A DNA stretch of 64,000 bases, from the NCBI GenBank assembly GCA_013239625.1, contig MU054132.1, positions 682,001-746,000 of the forward strand, written 5' to 3'. Numbering within the stretch: the first letter of the stretch is position 1; each line of letters opens with the position of its first letter. This document shows, in pieces, positions 12,283 through 26,200 of this stretch. Both the position numbers and the translations under genes were made by a program. Below the pieces are notes generated by a model, which saw only the letters and a list, made by a program, of their open reading frames with translations, ran no database searches and was not told the DNA's origin. The stretch is from Lama guanicoe. Taxonomy: Eukaryota.

Positions 12283-13289
12283 TGCATTTTCTTCTGCTCT
12301 AACTTAAACTGGCATGAAGGTAGGTGTGAAGGGAAGCTAGGTCCTTGGTTGTGGGTGAACACTCTCTTCTGAGCCCAGATCCCACACCCCATGATCTCCT
12401 CCACGTCTGCTCCTGAATGCCTCAGGGGCATCTATATGCAGCTTAACACAGTCCTGAACCTTCACTCTTCCCTTCCAAACCTGTTCCTCCCCTTGTTTTC
12501 CATATCAGTAAACAGCCATGCAGCCACCTAGCTATACCAGCTAGAAACCTGTAAATCATATTTGACATTTGGACACTTTTTTCCCCAAAACATTTCTCAA
12601 ATCTGCCCACATTTTACCTCCCCCGCCCCCCTCTCCATGCCAACTCGACATCATATGTCTCCTGGAAGACTACCAAAAAAAAAAAAAAAAGGCTCCACAC
12701 TAGTTTCCTTGCTTCCAATTTTGCCTTCCTATCTAACAAACCATTCTCCATCTTATTTATTTCTACAGCTAGGTAGTATATGCATGATTTAAAAATCTCT
12801 GCTCTACAGGTCACCTTTCCAGAGGCAGTAACTGTTCTCTGTTCCGTGGTCCTCTTCCAGACAGCCTCCAAGGTACTCACGTGGCAGTATATATTCATTC
12901 CCACTCCATCTATCCACATTGCTCTGGGCCTCTTTTTTTCACCTTACATTCTACCTAGGCGTTCTTTCCCCATCAACACAAATGGACGTGCCAGTCAGTC
13001 TCTTAGGCAGTGCCCGGCCGAACAGGTTGGACCCAGTGTGCCAGTCTCCGACTAGTCACTCCTCTGTTCCACAGCTCAACACATGGGACAAAACCCCTTT
13101 CTCTCTTCTTAGTCCTATCTCTGTCTTGGCCAGGCGGCCCCTACGTCAGGGACTCTGTCTTTATATCATCTCTTCTGGGCGGCCCGCCGGCCGCGTTATC
13201 TCTACCATAGCCCTCGACACTACTTGGGTCTACAAGTCTGTGTCTACAAGTCTGTGGCAAGATTCTCTAATACCCTTCCCCTGAGTGGG

Positions 13290-14200
13290 AATGGCCGCAG
13301 GCCGGAACCAGAACCGGCAGGTCAACTTTGCCTAGGAGGAGGAAACTAGTTAGTGCACTGCTGGGCGTTAAGTATAGGAAGACTACTATTCCCAGAAACC
13401 CTTTCGTCTCGAGCTGGAGATTTGCCCTCTACGCCCTCCCTGCGGAGGAGACTGAGTATGCGCAATAGAAGTTGAGCCTGCGCAAAAGGCTGCGTGGGTG
13501 GGGACTGCATCTCCCAGCAGGCCGTGGGGGCATTTTTTTTTAACCCCGCGTGATCAGTGACTTCCGGCGCGGAGGGGCGGAGTGCGGCGCCCGTCTGAGG
13601 CAGCAGCTGGGAAAGCTAGGGGAGCGGCCGGCTGGCCGGCGGGTGCCAGCCGCCATGGAGGCTGTTCCCCGCATGCCCATGATCTGGCTGGACCTGAAAG
13701 AGGCCGGTGACTTCCACTTTCAGCCAGCCGTGAAGAAGGTGAGTGCGCCTTGTATCTCCGTCGTCTGCCAGCGCGTGACCCCCCCCCCCCCGCCTCCATC
13801 TTCTCTCACCGCGCGTCCATCTTCTCTCCGGGCCCTGTTGCGGGGTCTGGTGAGGCCAGGAGGGGTCTCCGCTGGCTTTCCTTAGCCTAGCATACTCCCA
13901 CCCTACCCCGCGCCTGCAGACCATCTCCCTTCCTCGCTCCGGGCTAGCACTCGCTGTTTCGTCGAGACTCGCTTCCCGACTTCTCCCCAGGGCTATCCAC
14001 GGTTCCTACCGAGGCTCCTCAGTTACTCGGTGTGACGCTCTGGACCTAGTTCTCCGCCCCTTCAGCACGCCAGGACCGCCGCCTCGGCTGTGGGTCGGCT
14101 GTGCCCGGCCCTCGGTGCGCTTTCGGTCCGCGACCGGACTGGGACGGACGCTGAGAATGGTTCAGGATATATGCTTTAAGACGGAAGCCCCGAGGACCCT
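13290..14200 (+). promoter_or_regulatory. PTPN23: PTPN23 CpG-island promoter with ZNF143/THAP11-type, ETS and GC-box motifs
   Basis: High CpG density around exon 1. ACTACTATTCCCAGAA 13382-13397, ACTGCATCTCCCAGCAGGCC 13504-13523, ACTTCCGG 13560-13567, GGGGCGGAG 13574-13582. No TATA box seen. Confidence 0.8.
13655..13738 (+). CDS. PTPN23: PTPN23 coding exon 1
   Basis: [28 protein letters not shown]|gtgagt. Confidence 0.95.
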
Positions 14201-17200
14201 CAGGAATGCCTGACCTCTGCAATTGGAGTCTCTTGACACTTGTTACAGTTATGTCTAGTCTCCTCAGAAAAAGAACCCTAATTTGGAGCTCCTTTAGACC
14301 AAAAGATACAGTTCCATGTCATTTGGGGAAGGGTTACAGCTTTTCACGACTGTCCAGAGAGGATAACAGTGCTGTAGCTCTCGGAGAGACCTTAGCGGTT
14401 ATTTATTGAGCCTTCAGTTGGACAGAGGAGACAGGCAGGTTTGGCATTAACAGAGGCAAGGGACCGCTATGGCGAGATTCGGCATCGTTGATACAAAGTG
14501 GGGCCAGGTGTGTTAATTGGGCTTCAGGTACGCTCTGAGAAATCTGCTGCTTTGGGAATGGCTATCTGGTAGGATTGAGGGTCAGAACCCTCAATGAAAA
14601 GTGAAAAGAAACAACCAGGAGGCTTTCGCATGTTGACATCCTTGTGGTTTTAGCACAGTAGCTGTCAAAATATGTCCCAGGTAATATAGATGGTGCACCA
14701 CTCAGTAAGGTGCTTGAGAAAAAAAAATAGAAAGTGAGTAGGGAAATAGTTTCTCAAGAAGCTGTCCTATACTCTCTTTACACCACCACTGTCTTAGTTC
14801 AGACACTAGCAGTTTGTATTCCTTTGAGTCCATCATTTAACCTCTTTGGGCATCTTTTAACTCATTTGTAAAGTCAAGAAATTAGATTAATTGATCTAAA
14901 ATTCCAAAGTTTTATTACGTCTTCCCCAGACTTTGGTCTCTTTTCCATTTGCTCTTTTATGTAAGTACAATTAGCTGAACTTTTCTAAAACACAAGAAAA
15001 CTCTGTTGTTGTCTAGTTCGACCATAACCCATTCAGACTTCTCCCTCACCTATCCCAGTACTTTCAACATTTTTTCAGGGCTCAGTATGTGCTTGATCTA
15101 TGTGCTTCTGATACAAGTATCTCAAATTCTGTTCACAGCCACTTGCTGTTCCCTTAATGTTCTCTGTATGTTTGCTCTTCTGTGCCTTTGGTTGTGGAAT
15201 TCCTTCCACCAAGAAGAGCTCTCATCTTTGGGTTGGGTGGGGATGGGGCCTTGATTTAATCTCTGTCTATTGATTCTGTCCGTCTTTCAAAGTCCAGTCT
15301 AAGCTCTGTCTCACCCACAAGACTTCTTTCATCTGGATTAATCTTTCCCTTCTGAATCCCTTTTTATCCTTTTCCTGGTGACAATTATGTGCACTATGTT
15401 TTAACCCCTCTCGTCAGTTGTAAGTGACCTGAGAGGTATCTCCATGCTCCTCACAACTTAGCAGGTTCCCCTCTGCATAGTTGACACTCAAGAAAATGTT
15501 TGTCAAACTGAATGTTGTCAACTGAATGACAGTTGAGGGGGAATTAAAAGATAATGACCATAGATTTATGGAAGTCGAGTAGATAAAATCTTAGCCCAAG
15601 AACTCTTAGGAAGTCTTTTTGTTTGAACTTAGCCTTGAGGCTCTTGTCCCTTACACCCAGCCCACAAGGTATTATGTGAGCATTGATCTCCCTGGGGACC
15701 CCTGGGCCTCCATGAGAGGAGTTGCTCGTTAGCCATTTACTACATTGGTATCAGATACTGAGGAAAAAATTCACTTCCTGGACATCAGCTCTTTTTCTTT
15801 GTTTCCTTTTAGGAGGGATGGAGAAAGATACCACCACTTATTTGATAGGTTAAAATTGTGCCATATGTTTACATGAACCCACTGAAAAGGAATAGCAGTC
15901 TGTTATGGTTGGGCTGGGCTCTAGAACTGCCAGCTCCCTCAGGTATTCTGGAACTCTCTTCTGTAGAGGAGACTGTAGTACCCACTGCAGCTGGGAACTC
16001 TTCCTGACCTGGACTCCTCTCCCCAAGCCTAGAGCCCCCACTGCCTTCTGCCAGCAGTACCCTAGTCCTTTTCTACTCTTGCTCTGAGCTGCGGGAACCT
16101 TTGCCAATGACTTGGAGCTGAGGGGTAGAATTTAACTTAAAATAGTAGGATGAAAATTGGTTTCTTTTGAGGTCAGTCTGTCAAGCAGCATGCTGAGCCC
16201 TGAAATACAGATGAATAAGAAACAGTCCCTTTTTTCCCTGTAATTCATAGTCTGGTAGAGGATATTTAAAAATTAGATTGTGACATCAGTGGAAGAGCAG
16301 AAGTATATGCAGTGTACAGAAGTACCAGCCTAAGGAGGGGCCATCAGGGAAGACTTGCTAAAGAGGTGGGTTTTGAAGAATGAATAGGAGTTTCCCAGGA
16401 AGGTAAAGGGTTTCTTTCTTTGTGAGAGCTCGGCTTTTGAAAAAAACCTTTCAGAGTGGTTAGTATTGGTTTTCATTCCTGGTGGATATGCCTTCAGTTA
16501 AGGAATAATGTGAAATAAGAGCCAGGAGAACAAGATGGTTTTGAACTGCAGTGCGAAATTTTAGATAGGGATACCTGGATCCACATAATTTTTTAGTGGG
16601 GAAATGCTGCTAGCCCTGTACCTTCTTACATGTGCTTTGGAGCGCAGAGTGCTGACTCATTGGAAACTGATGAGGGATGACTCTTACGCTCTTCCAGTCC
16701 CAAACACCTGCCCTTAACCAACTGCAGTTGAGCTCATGTCAGGCTCACTTGGACTGAGGTGTTACCGTCCATCCCTGATTTATTCATTGGACTAATAGTG
16801 ATTGAGTGACTCTTATGTGCCAGCCCTGGGAATTCCAGGCTGTCTGTGATGACAGAAATCCCTGCCCTCACAGAGCTTATCTTCTAGTGATCCATGTAGT
16901 AAACCATCCTCAAGGGCAGGTATACCATAGGTAGCCATCCTGCCAACCAAGTGGCTTTTTGTCCTTCTCTAAATCTTGATCTGGCTGACTTGATCTCTCT
17001 AAATCTCCACTTTCCCACCAGGTTCCTCCAGAGAAACTGTCTGCTGTTCAAAGCCTGTCACCACTTTACTTCAGCCTGCTTCTCTAACTTCAGTCTCACT
17101 AGGCCTCTCCCATAGGAACTTTCAGCCTCTTTCCTTCCATATCTGGTCATTGTCTTTGTTCTGATCCTTACTGGAGTTCCTTTCCTCCTGTTCATCACCC

Positions 17201-20200
17201 AGATTGAACCGTACCTATTCAGGGTCCCTTTAGCTGCCTGGCAGTTGCACCACCCTCCTCCAAATTCTGACTGGTCTTACTGCTCCTTTCACTCAGTTGA
17301 CCTGCACCACAGAGTGTACGCTCTTATTGCTTCTTACTGTTCATTTTATTCACACGTAGGTAGAGCCTCGTTTTCAGGTTTGTGGACTCCATCTCCCCCT
17401 TCCAGATTTCCCGTGGAACAGCTGATTTTTGAAAAACTTGCCCCACACATATATGGGAAAATGAGATGATCAGAGCCTAAAAGTGCCTGGCTCCTTGGCA
17501 GTGAGGAGCACAGGACGTTGCCTGTGATGGTGACCTCACTTACCTCTTATCACAGATTTGGAGTCACTGAGCCAGGCTACTTGAGGCTGTCTGCCCGCTT
17601 GAGTTTACAGCAGAATGGCACCAGGTCCAGGTGACCTGGATTGTTTAGTTCATTCCTCTCTGACTTTAATCTCATACACAAAAGCCCTATATCCCATTTC
17701 ACACCGGATTCTTTTCTTTACTTGGGGAGTAATGAATACTTGTGTGTAGGGAGTGCTTAACAAGTGTTCGTTGAATGACCTAGTCTAATTCTAGTACCCT
17801 CCAGAGGATATAACTTGCGTCGTCCTCACCAGCGTTGTTCAGACAGGTCGAGGGGCCGTTCAGAAGAGATGTAGGAGAGAGGCCTTGAGTGTTACGTAGG
17901 GTTTAGATTAGATGAGGATGAAGGTCTCTTCTCATTCCTGATGCTCTCGGCCTGTAATTTGGTTTTAGGCTTGCTGATACCAAGGAGATAAAGATTTCTC
18001 TTGGTAGTTATACTCCTTTCTCTGAATAAAATTAATCTCATTTGAAATTCAGTAGAAGAACATACATTGCATTAATTAACAGTTGGGACTCAATTTTATG
18101 TAGACTAGCCCAAGGAATTCCCCATATTTCAGTCAGTCCTTTAAGTGAAGAAAAAAGAAATATAATGCATATGGTAAATAAATGTAATACCTACACTTGT
18201 GATGACTTTTATTGCCTTTTCTTCTTGAGTTATTGCTTTAATTAGCACCATGGAATTCCAAGATGTTATATCAAATTAAGAGCAAAAGCTAAACACACTC
18301 ATCATCCAGAAAAAAAAAAAATACACAGAAGAATGAGAACATGCTAGTACCAGAGAAAGTGACACAGAGAAAATGACACAAAAGGAATATCCCTGGGCCA
18401 AAAGTCAGGAAGTCTGGCTTGAAGTTCTAGCACTGCCATTGCTCATCTCTGGTTCCTACTTTTCTAATCTGCAGAAGAGTGGCAGGACCTAGGATGGATA
18501 TTTCCAACGATTGCATCTACCTACAGAATTCTGTGCTATGTGTTGTTCAGTAAAAGAGCAGAGTATCATCATGGAAATAATATAGACACTGGAGTCAGAC
18601 AGACCTTGGTTTAGGTCCCACCTCTTGGACTTAAGAGCTGGGTGACCTCCAGCTGCTACAAATGATTACATCACTAATCTGGCCCTCACTTTTCTCACCT
18701 GTAACATGGAATGACTACCTCATAAGCTTGTGGGAATCAAGAGTTCACTTTATGTGAGTCGCTAGTACAGATCTTGACATACAGTAACTGTATTTTCATC
18801 TTAGCATCTTCTTTCTCTGTTTAGGAAATAGATTGAGTCCCATGACAGCTCTGTTAGACGTAGGGGTAATACGAACCCCATTTTACAGAAGAAAAACCAA
18901 GCTCAGATCTCACAGCAGCCCAGGGGCAGAATTCAGGACTTCCTCTGTCTTGGTATGTCTCTCTGGAAATGGTCTTTCCATGCTTTTTCATTGTAACTCC
19001 TTCCTTCCCTCCACCCTGGCTCCCACAGTGGTTCTGAACCCTGGACGTGCTCTAAATGAACATAGACTTGTTCATAGGTCTCATTGTTCCCTCAGTAAAT
19101 CTGAAGCCCGGCTGGGCTCTGGATGTTCCCTGGTCCTCCCAACCACAACCGACTGGTAGTTGTGTAGGTGTGCTGAGGTCCTGTCAGTGTCTTCTAGTTT
19201 CTTTTTCTTGATCCTTGGTGCCAAGGCCCAGACTCTACCTACTGCTGGGCCTTCCTTCTCAGATCCTGGCCTGACCTTGTTCTGAGCTCTGCTACAGAGA
19301 GACTGAGAGATGGTCTCTATCCTTTATTCTAGAACCTTCAGCTGCCTCTTTCCTCTGTTCAGTAGGGGGAGTGATCAAGTCATAGAGGATTTCCTTAGAG
19401 TTTAAAAAATAATCTGTCTGCTCCACTGACTCACTGTGTGTGGCCAGAGATTCATTTTCTCTTCCCACTTTTTAGTTATTTATGAAAACATTTTAAAAAT
19501 CGAAATGAATTGGTCTAATGTGTGGTTAAGAACATGGGCTCTGGAGCCTAAATGCCTGGACTTCAGTCATTTCCCCCATCAGTTACTAGTGCTTTAACCT
19601 CAGCAAATGCCCTAACTTCCTTGCATCAGTTTCCTCATTTCCTTGTCTGTAAAATGGTGATGATGATGTCTGTCTATTTCTTTGGGTTGTTGTTAGGATT
19701 GAGTGACTTATTAGGCACTAGGCACAGCACCTGGCCTGTGTGTAGGAGCTCAGTATGTGTTTTCTGCTGTACTTGGAGGAGGAATGTGACAGGTAGAAGG
19801 TTTCCTCTAGGGTCAGTTTGCTGGGGGTGGAGACAGCATCTCTTTCTCCTTCACCACTGTGTGACCAGCAGGGACAGATGTTATTAGCGATGTCAGGTGA
19901 AGCCTTGTTTTTAGGACTCTCATATTCTTCTAATCCCTTTGGCCTCTATCCCACAGGGCCTCTAGGCTCCGCTTTTACTTCTCTCTAGCCTCAGAGTGAG
20001 CAAACGGAAATCTCTTACTAAAAGGGATTTAATCAAAGAAAGAACACGTTCCCATTTAGATAGTCAAGTTTTACCCTGTAACTCAGGCCACATTTTGTGT
20101 TTGTGGATTGGATGGGGGAGGTGGGGAGGTTGGCTAGATCAGAGAGAGGATTGTAAACCAAGAGCCTGTGAATGGAATTCATAGTATCTGTGATCCCCCA

Positions 20201-23200
20201 AAACTTGTTGGCAAATCTTTGTGTTTATGCATAGTTGAATACTTGTAGGGAGATTTTTTTTTTATGGCTTTTATCGTATTATCAAAGGACCTGCAGTAGG
20301 TTAAGAACCGCTGATGTAGGGGAAAGTGTTTTTTAGGTACCATTTAGCTCAGCAACTCTTTCTTTTTTCTTTTTAATTGTTTTTAATTTTAAAAATTGTT
20401 TTTATTTTATTGAGTTATGGTCAGTTTACAATGTTGTGTCCATTTCCAACATAGAGCACAATGTTTCAGTCATAAATGAATATACATATATTCATTTTCA
20501 CATTCTTTTTCACCATGAGCTACCACAAGATCTTGTATATATTTCCCTGTGCTATACAGTATAAACTTGTTTATCTGTTCTGTATATACCTGTCAGTATC
20601 TGCAGATTTTGAACTCTCAGTCTGTCCCTTCCCACCCTCCTCCCCTGTGACAACCACAAGTTTGTATCCTATGTCTATGAGTCTGTTTCTGTTTTATATT
20701 TAAGTTAATTTGTCGCCTTTTTTTTTTTTTAAGATTCCACATATGAGTGATCTCATGGTATTTTTATTTCTCTTTCTGGCTTACTTCACTTAGAATGACA
20801 TTCTCCAGGGACATCCAGGTTGCTGCAAATGGCATATTGTCGTTTTTATGGGTGAATAGTATTCCATTGTATAAATATACCACATCTTCTTTATGCAGTT
20901 ATCTGTTGATGGACATTTAGGCTGTTTCCATGAGTTGGCTATTGTAAATAGTGCTGCTATGAACAGTGGGGTGCAGGTGTCTTTTTGAATTAGGGTTCCT
21001 TCTGGATATATGCCCAGGAGTGGGATTACTGGGTCATATAGTAAGTCTAGTTTTAGTCTTTTGAGGAATCTCCATACTGTTTTCCACAATGGCTGCACCA
21101 AACTACGTTCCCACTAGCAGTGTAGGAGGGTTCCCTTTTCTCCACAGCCTCTCCAGCATTTATCATGACTCAGCAACTCTTAAAACATTTGTTTTCCAGA
21201 TTTCAGACACAACAGAAAAGTTGAAAGAATAACACAGTGCTCACCCAAATTCTCTTTTCCTAATTTTGATAGTTATATTGCACCATTGTGTTTTCTCTCT
21301 CTCTGTCTATATATATATACACACACTTGTACATACACATGCATACATATGAGTGTGTATACATCCCATGAACCTTTGCAAGTAAATTGTACACATCTTG
21401 GCACATCCTAAGAGGATATTCTCTTATATAACCACAATATTATCATCATACCAAAGGAAATCCACAAAAATTTTCTAGTGTGATTTATATTTAAATTTTA
21501 CTTATTGTCCCCAGTACATTTTTTTAAACATTTTTTATTGATTTATAATCCTTTTATAATGTTGTGTCAAATTCCAGTGTAGAGCACAATTTTTCAGTTA
21601 TACATGAACATGTATATATTCATTGTCACATTTTTTTTCTCTGTGAGCTACCATAAGATCTTGTATATATTTCCCTGTGCTATACAGTACAATCTTGTTT
21701 ATCTGTTCTACAATTTTGAAATCCCAGTCTGTCTCTTCCCACTCTCTGCCCCCTTGGCAACCACAAGTTTCTTTTCTATGTCTGAATCTATTTCTGTTTT
21801 GTATTTATGCTTTTTTTTTTTTAGATTCCACCCATTACCTTTCTTATAATTTTTTTTTCCCTCAAACTCAGCTCCAGTCAGGGTCCCAATATGGTTTTGG
21901 TTGTTCTTGTTTTTTTCATCTCTTTTAATCCAGAATAGTCTTCTCCCTACCAGCCCCCTTAGTGATACTGGTTTTTCAAAGAGACTGAGTTAATTGTTGG
22001 GTAAAATGTCCCATCTTCTCAGTTTTTCTGAGTGTCTCCTTCAGTATTGATTGAATTTATTCATCCATCCTCTGCATTTCCTGTAAAGGCAACCATTTGC
22101 TGAGTATCCAACACACCTAATCAGGTCCCTGCTGTTCCTGATACACTTACTGTTTGCAGTGGGAGTGGTCACTGGTATGACCCTGCTGTGAGGCACTCGG
22201 TCTGGTGGAGGCATGTTCAGAATGTGGGTTGGGCAGCAGCTGACATTCAAGGAAGTGACGTTTCAGCTGAGACTTGAGAAGACAGGGAGAACATATGGAT
22301 AAGCATTGAGACCTGAGAGCAGTAATTCTAAAGTACTGTTGGCTGAGTGTCCCTGGGAGCTGAAGGCTGTTGGGAACATGTTGTGAAGGGCCATGAACTC
22401 TGTGCTGGGGAGATTAGATTTGGTCCTGGAGGTTTAGGGGAGCCACTGTTGCATAGCTTTTTCAGATTACTATTTTTGTTTTTAAATTACAAGTCATTTC
22501 CCATATTGTCAGTATCCTGAGAAGAGCAGGTTTTAGTTTATTTTTTCCCCAAGGGGTTGTGTGTTTCAGAAAGATTTAAAGTTAGAGGTGACATCAGAGT
22601 TGTATTAGAAAGACAAATCTGGTCACTAGGTAAGGGGTGGATTTGAAGGGGTGGAATGTCCAGGCGAGGTGGTCAGGTGGATAGGGAACTTTCAGAAGGT
22701 AAAACCAACAGAAGAGGGTTTAGGGTCGTAGGTTTGGAACCGTGGCCAGATGGTGCTGAAATAAATTCATCAGTAGCATCCGTTTTGTCCCCCCTCTCTC
22801 TTTACCTGCCAGGCAGGTAGGAGTTGGCACACAGCCTAGCCATGTGTCCTAGGTCCTAGGAAAGGTGGGTGGGCCGTAGACATGGTGTAAGTGTGCTACT
22901 GAACAGAGCAGGCCACCTGTTCTCAGCCTGTACAGCCGCCTTCCTTCGCCATCTCACAAACTTTGGATAGGGCCTTCAGGGACCTTGTGAGTTGGGCATT
23001 GGTGCCTTTAGTGTTTGTGGAAGGAGTGGATCTGGCCCCCCTATATTGCTAACCCAGACACCAGGCAGCAGGTACTGCCACAGGAGTAGTTGCTGCGGCC
23101 TTAGTCTGTTGATCTTTTAGGCCAACAAGGGATCCTTTGATCCAGGCCATGCTTCCAGGCTGGTGAGTATGCTCGCTGTCCAAGATAGTCAGCTCCCAAG

Positions 23201-26200
23201 GTAGTGAGTGCTGTCGTGCGCAAGCATGCCAGTCCCCTCTCTGAGGTGGGCACTGACCTTCCCTCCTCCTGTTCTCCCGTCTGGGTCATTGCCATTACAC
23301 ATCCACAGACCTTTCCTCACCTGTGAGGACGCTGTGGGTCACTTGTTTCTGTGGTACCCTTTCCCAGCTGGGAGGGTGGGCCAGTGAAGAAGGCCTCACA
23401 CTCCCCCTCTTCTTTGGTGTCTCTTCCTTCATCTGCTCTTGGGTCAGGGTTATGGTTGTGACCCCCAGAACAGAGCAGGGCCCAGTGCTTCAGGGAGGGT
23501 TGAATTTGTGGCCCACTTTGGGATGCTCAGTAGGATCCCCTTTCAGTTAGTTAAGTTCCCCGGCTTCCTGAGCTGGCAGTCAGTCAGGTTGTCCAGTCTT
23601 ATTTTCCACTTTGCTCAAAGGAGGAGGTTCTCTGGTCATAATCTTGGCACTGCCCCATTATTGAGGTCGAGTTCCTGGTGGTCCAGGAGATGGGCTTGTG
23701 GTTGTGGGTCTGGACTCAATCGTGAGCCCTGACTGGTGATTGCCAAGGACTCAGGGCAGGGGTGGGAGCAGGGGAGTCTTCTCTATCCCTGGTTTACCAT
23801 CTTCTCTCTCTCCCTAGTTTGTCCTGAAGAATTATGGCGAGAATCCAGAAGCCTACAATGAGGAACTGAAGAAGCTGGAGTTGCTCAGACAGGTAGGAGG
23901 ATAGTATTGATTTGCAGGCATAAGCAGAATAGGTTTGATAGGGAAGTAAAGAAACCACCTGGAACCTGTGTTCTCATTTTAATTTAGTGCTCCTCCATAA
24001 AATTAGCAAAATTAATGACAGAAAAAAATGAAAATACTAAAATAAAAAGCAAAAAGAAAAACCCTTTTCATAATTTTTTGTATATATATTTTAAAATTGT
24101 ATTTATGTATACTACATAAAACCATAGTAGGATCATACAACACCTATACTGCTTCTGTAGCCTGCCTTTTTCACTTAGCATTGTGGATTTGTTTCTGTAT
24201 CAGTGAGCATACAACAGTATTTTTAATGGCCCACAATCATTATATTGCACTATAATTTAATCAGTCTCATCTTGGAGATCATTAAGGTATTTCATTTTGT
24301 CACCATTTAAAATATTATCCAAGTCTGTGCATCCTTGCACGTCGATAGGATTGTTTCTGTAGGAATTAGTGGGTGAACAAGATGCTTGTTTTGGTTTACA
24401 CCCCCAGCAGGGTAAGCGCCAGCTTCTGCTGTTACTTTCAGTTCTGTTAGTCTGATAGGTGGAAAGTGTGGTTAATTTTAATTTTTGGTTATTTGGCTAA
24501 ATAGTTAAGTTTTCACAGTAGTTGTTAATGTGTTTAAGTATCTTCTTTTAGGGGACTGTCTGTTAATGTCCTTTGTCCATTTTTTTATCAGGGTGTTACA
24601 CCTTTTTTCTCACTAATTTGTAAGACTCAGTCATACATTAATGACTCACATGATTTGTCCTTTGTCTCACATGATTTAAGTATTTTTCTCAAACAATTGT
24701 TTTTGTTTATTGTATTTTTAATGCAAACTTTCAGATTTTTCATATATATATTTCAGTGTTTATAAATCAGATCCATCTCATCTTTCCTTTTATTGTATCT
24801 GCCTTTTTATATGCAGTTAAGAAACTTTGTCACCCAAATAAGGTGTGAGCAGTTCTCCCTCTGGTATTTACATGGTTCTGGTTGTTGCTTAAATCTTTAT
24901 ATCATATTTATTTAAGTGCATGATATGTAAGGGAAGGCTCATACTTTTTCTCTATATGTTTTTCTATTGTTTCAGAACACTCTTGTGCTGAATTCTTTTG
25001 TGTATTTTAGATCTGTTCAGAATGTCCTGTTCTCTGCCATCACCCATCTTCTGCCAGGCCCACAATATTTGAAGTATTGTATCTATTATATATTTTACTA
25101 TATGATAAGACTAATTCCTGAAAATCACTTTTTTTTTTCCAACTTTTCCATAGTTATTCTCACATGAATATTTCTCAAAAGGGCTTAGAATCTTTTTGTC
25201 AAGTTACGCAAAATTATGTTGGGAATTTGGTGAGCTCATAAAATTTATATATTGGTTAGATAGAGTTAACATCTTTATGAGGTTGCTTTCTTCTGCATTT
25301 CTACAGTCCCCCCGCCCAGGCTTCTCAGTATAGTTTTCCTTTTTTTTTTTTTTTTTTTTTATTGAAATACAGTCAGTTATGTGTCCATTTCTGGTGTACA
25401 GCCCAATGTCCCGGTCATGCATATACATACATATATTTCTTTTCCTTTTTTTTCATCTTTCGCAATTTTTTCATTTATTACCGGATATTGAACATGATTC
25501 CTTGCGCTATACAGAGGAAACTTTTTTTCCCCCCTTTTTTTTTTTTTAATTGATTTATAGTCAGTTTACAATGCTGTGTCACCTCCTGGTGTACAGCACA
25601 ATTCCTCAGCCACACACAAACATACACATATTCATTCTCCCATTCTTTTTCACCATCAGCTACTACAAGATACTGAAAACATTATCCTGTGCTATATAGT
25701 ATGAACCTGTCTATCTATTTTATGTATGCTAGTCAGTATATTCAAGTCTCGAACTCCCAGTGTATGCCTTCCCACCTCCCTCCCCTCTGGCAACCACAAG
25801 TCTGTATTTTGAGTCTATTTCTGTTTTATATATAAGTTCATTTGTCTTTTTAGATTCTAGCTATGAGGGATATTGTATGCTATTTTTCTTTCTCTTTCTG
25901 GCTTACTTCACTTAGAATGACATTCTCCAGGGCCATCCATGTTGCTGCAAATGGCATTATTTATTCTTTTTTATGGCTGAGTAGTATTCCATTGTATATC
26001 TATACCACAACTTCTTTTTTTCTTTTTTTAAATTTTATTTTATTGAGTTATAATTAGCTTACAATATTGTGTCAATTTCCAGTGTAGAGCACAATTTTCA
26101 GTTATACATGAACATAGATATATTCATTGTCACATTCTTTTTCACCATGAGCTACTACTAGATCTTGTATGTATTTCCCTGTGCTATACAGTATAATCTT

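Noticed and set aside
13550..13654. In-frame upstream GTG extension of PTPN23 in the ORF track
   Set aside because: The ATG at 13655 has a perfect Kozak context and matches the known N-terminus; the GTG likely lies at or before the TSS.
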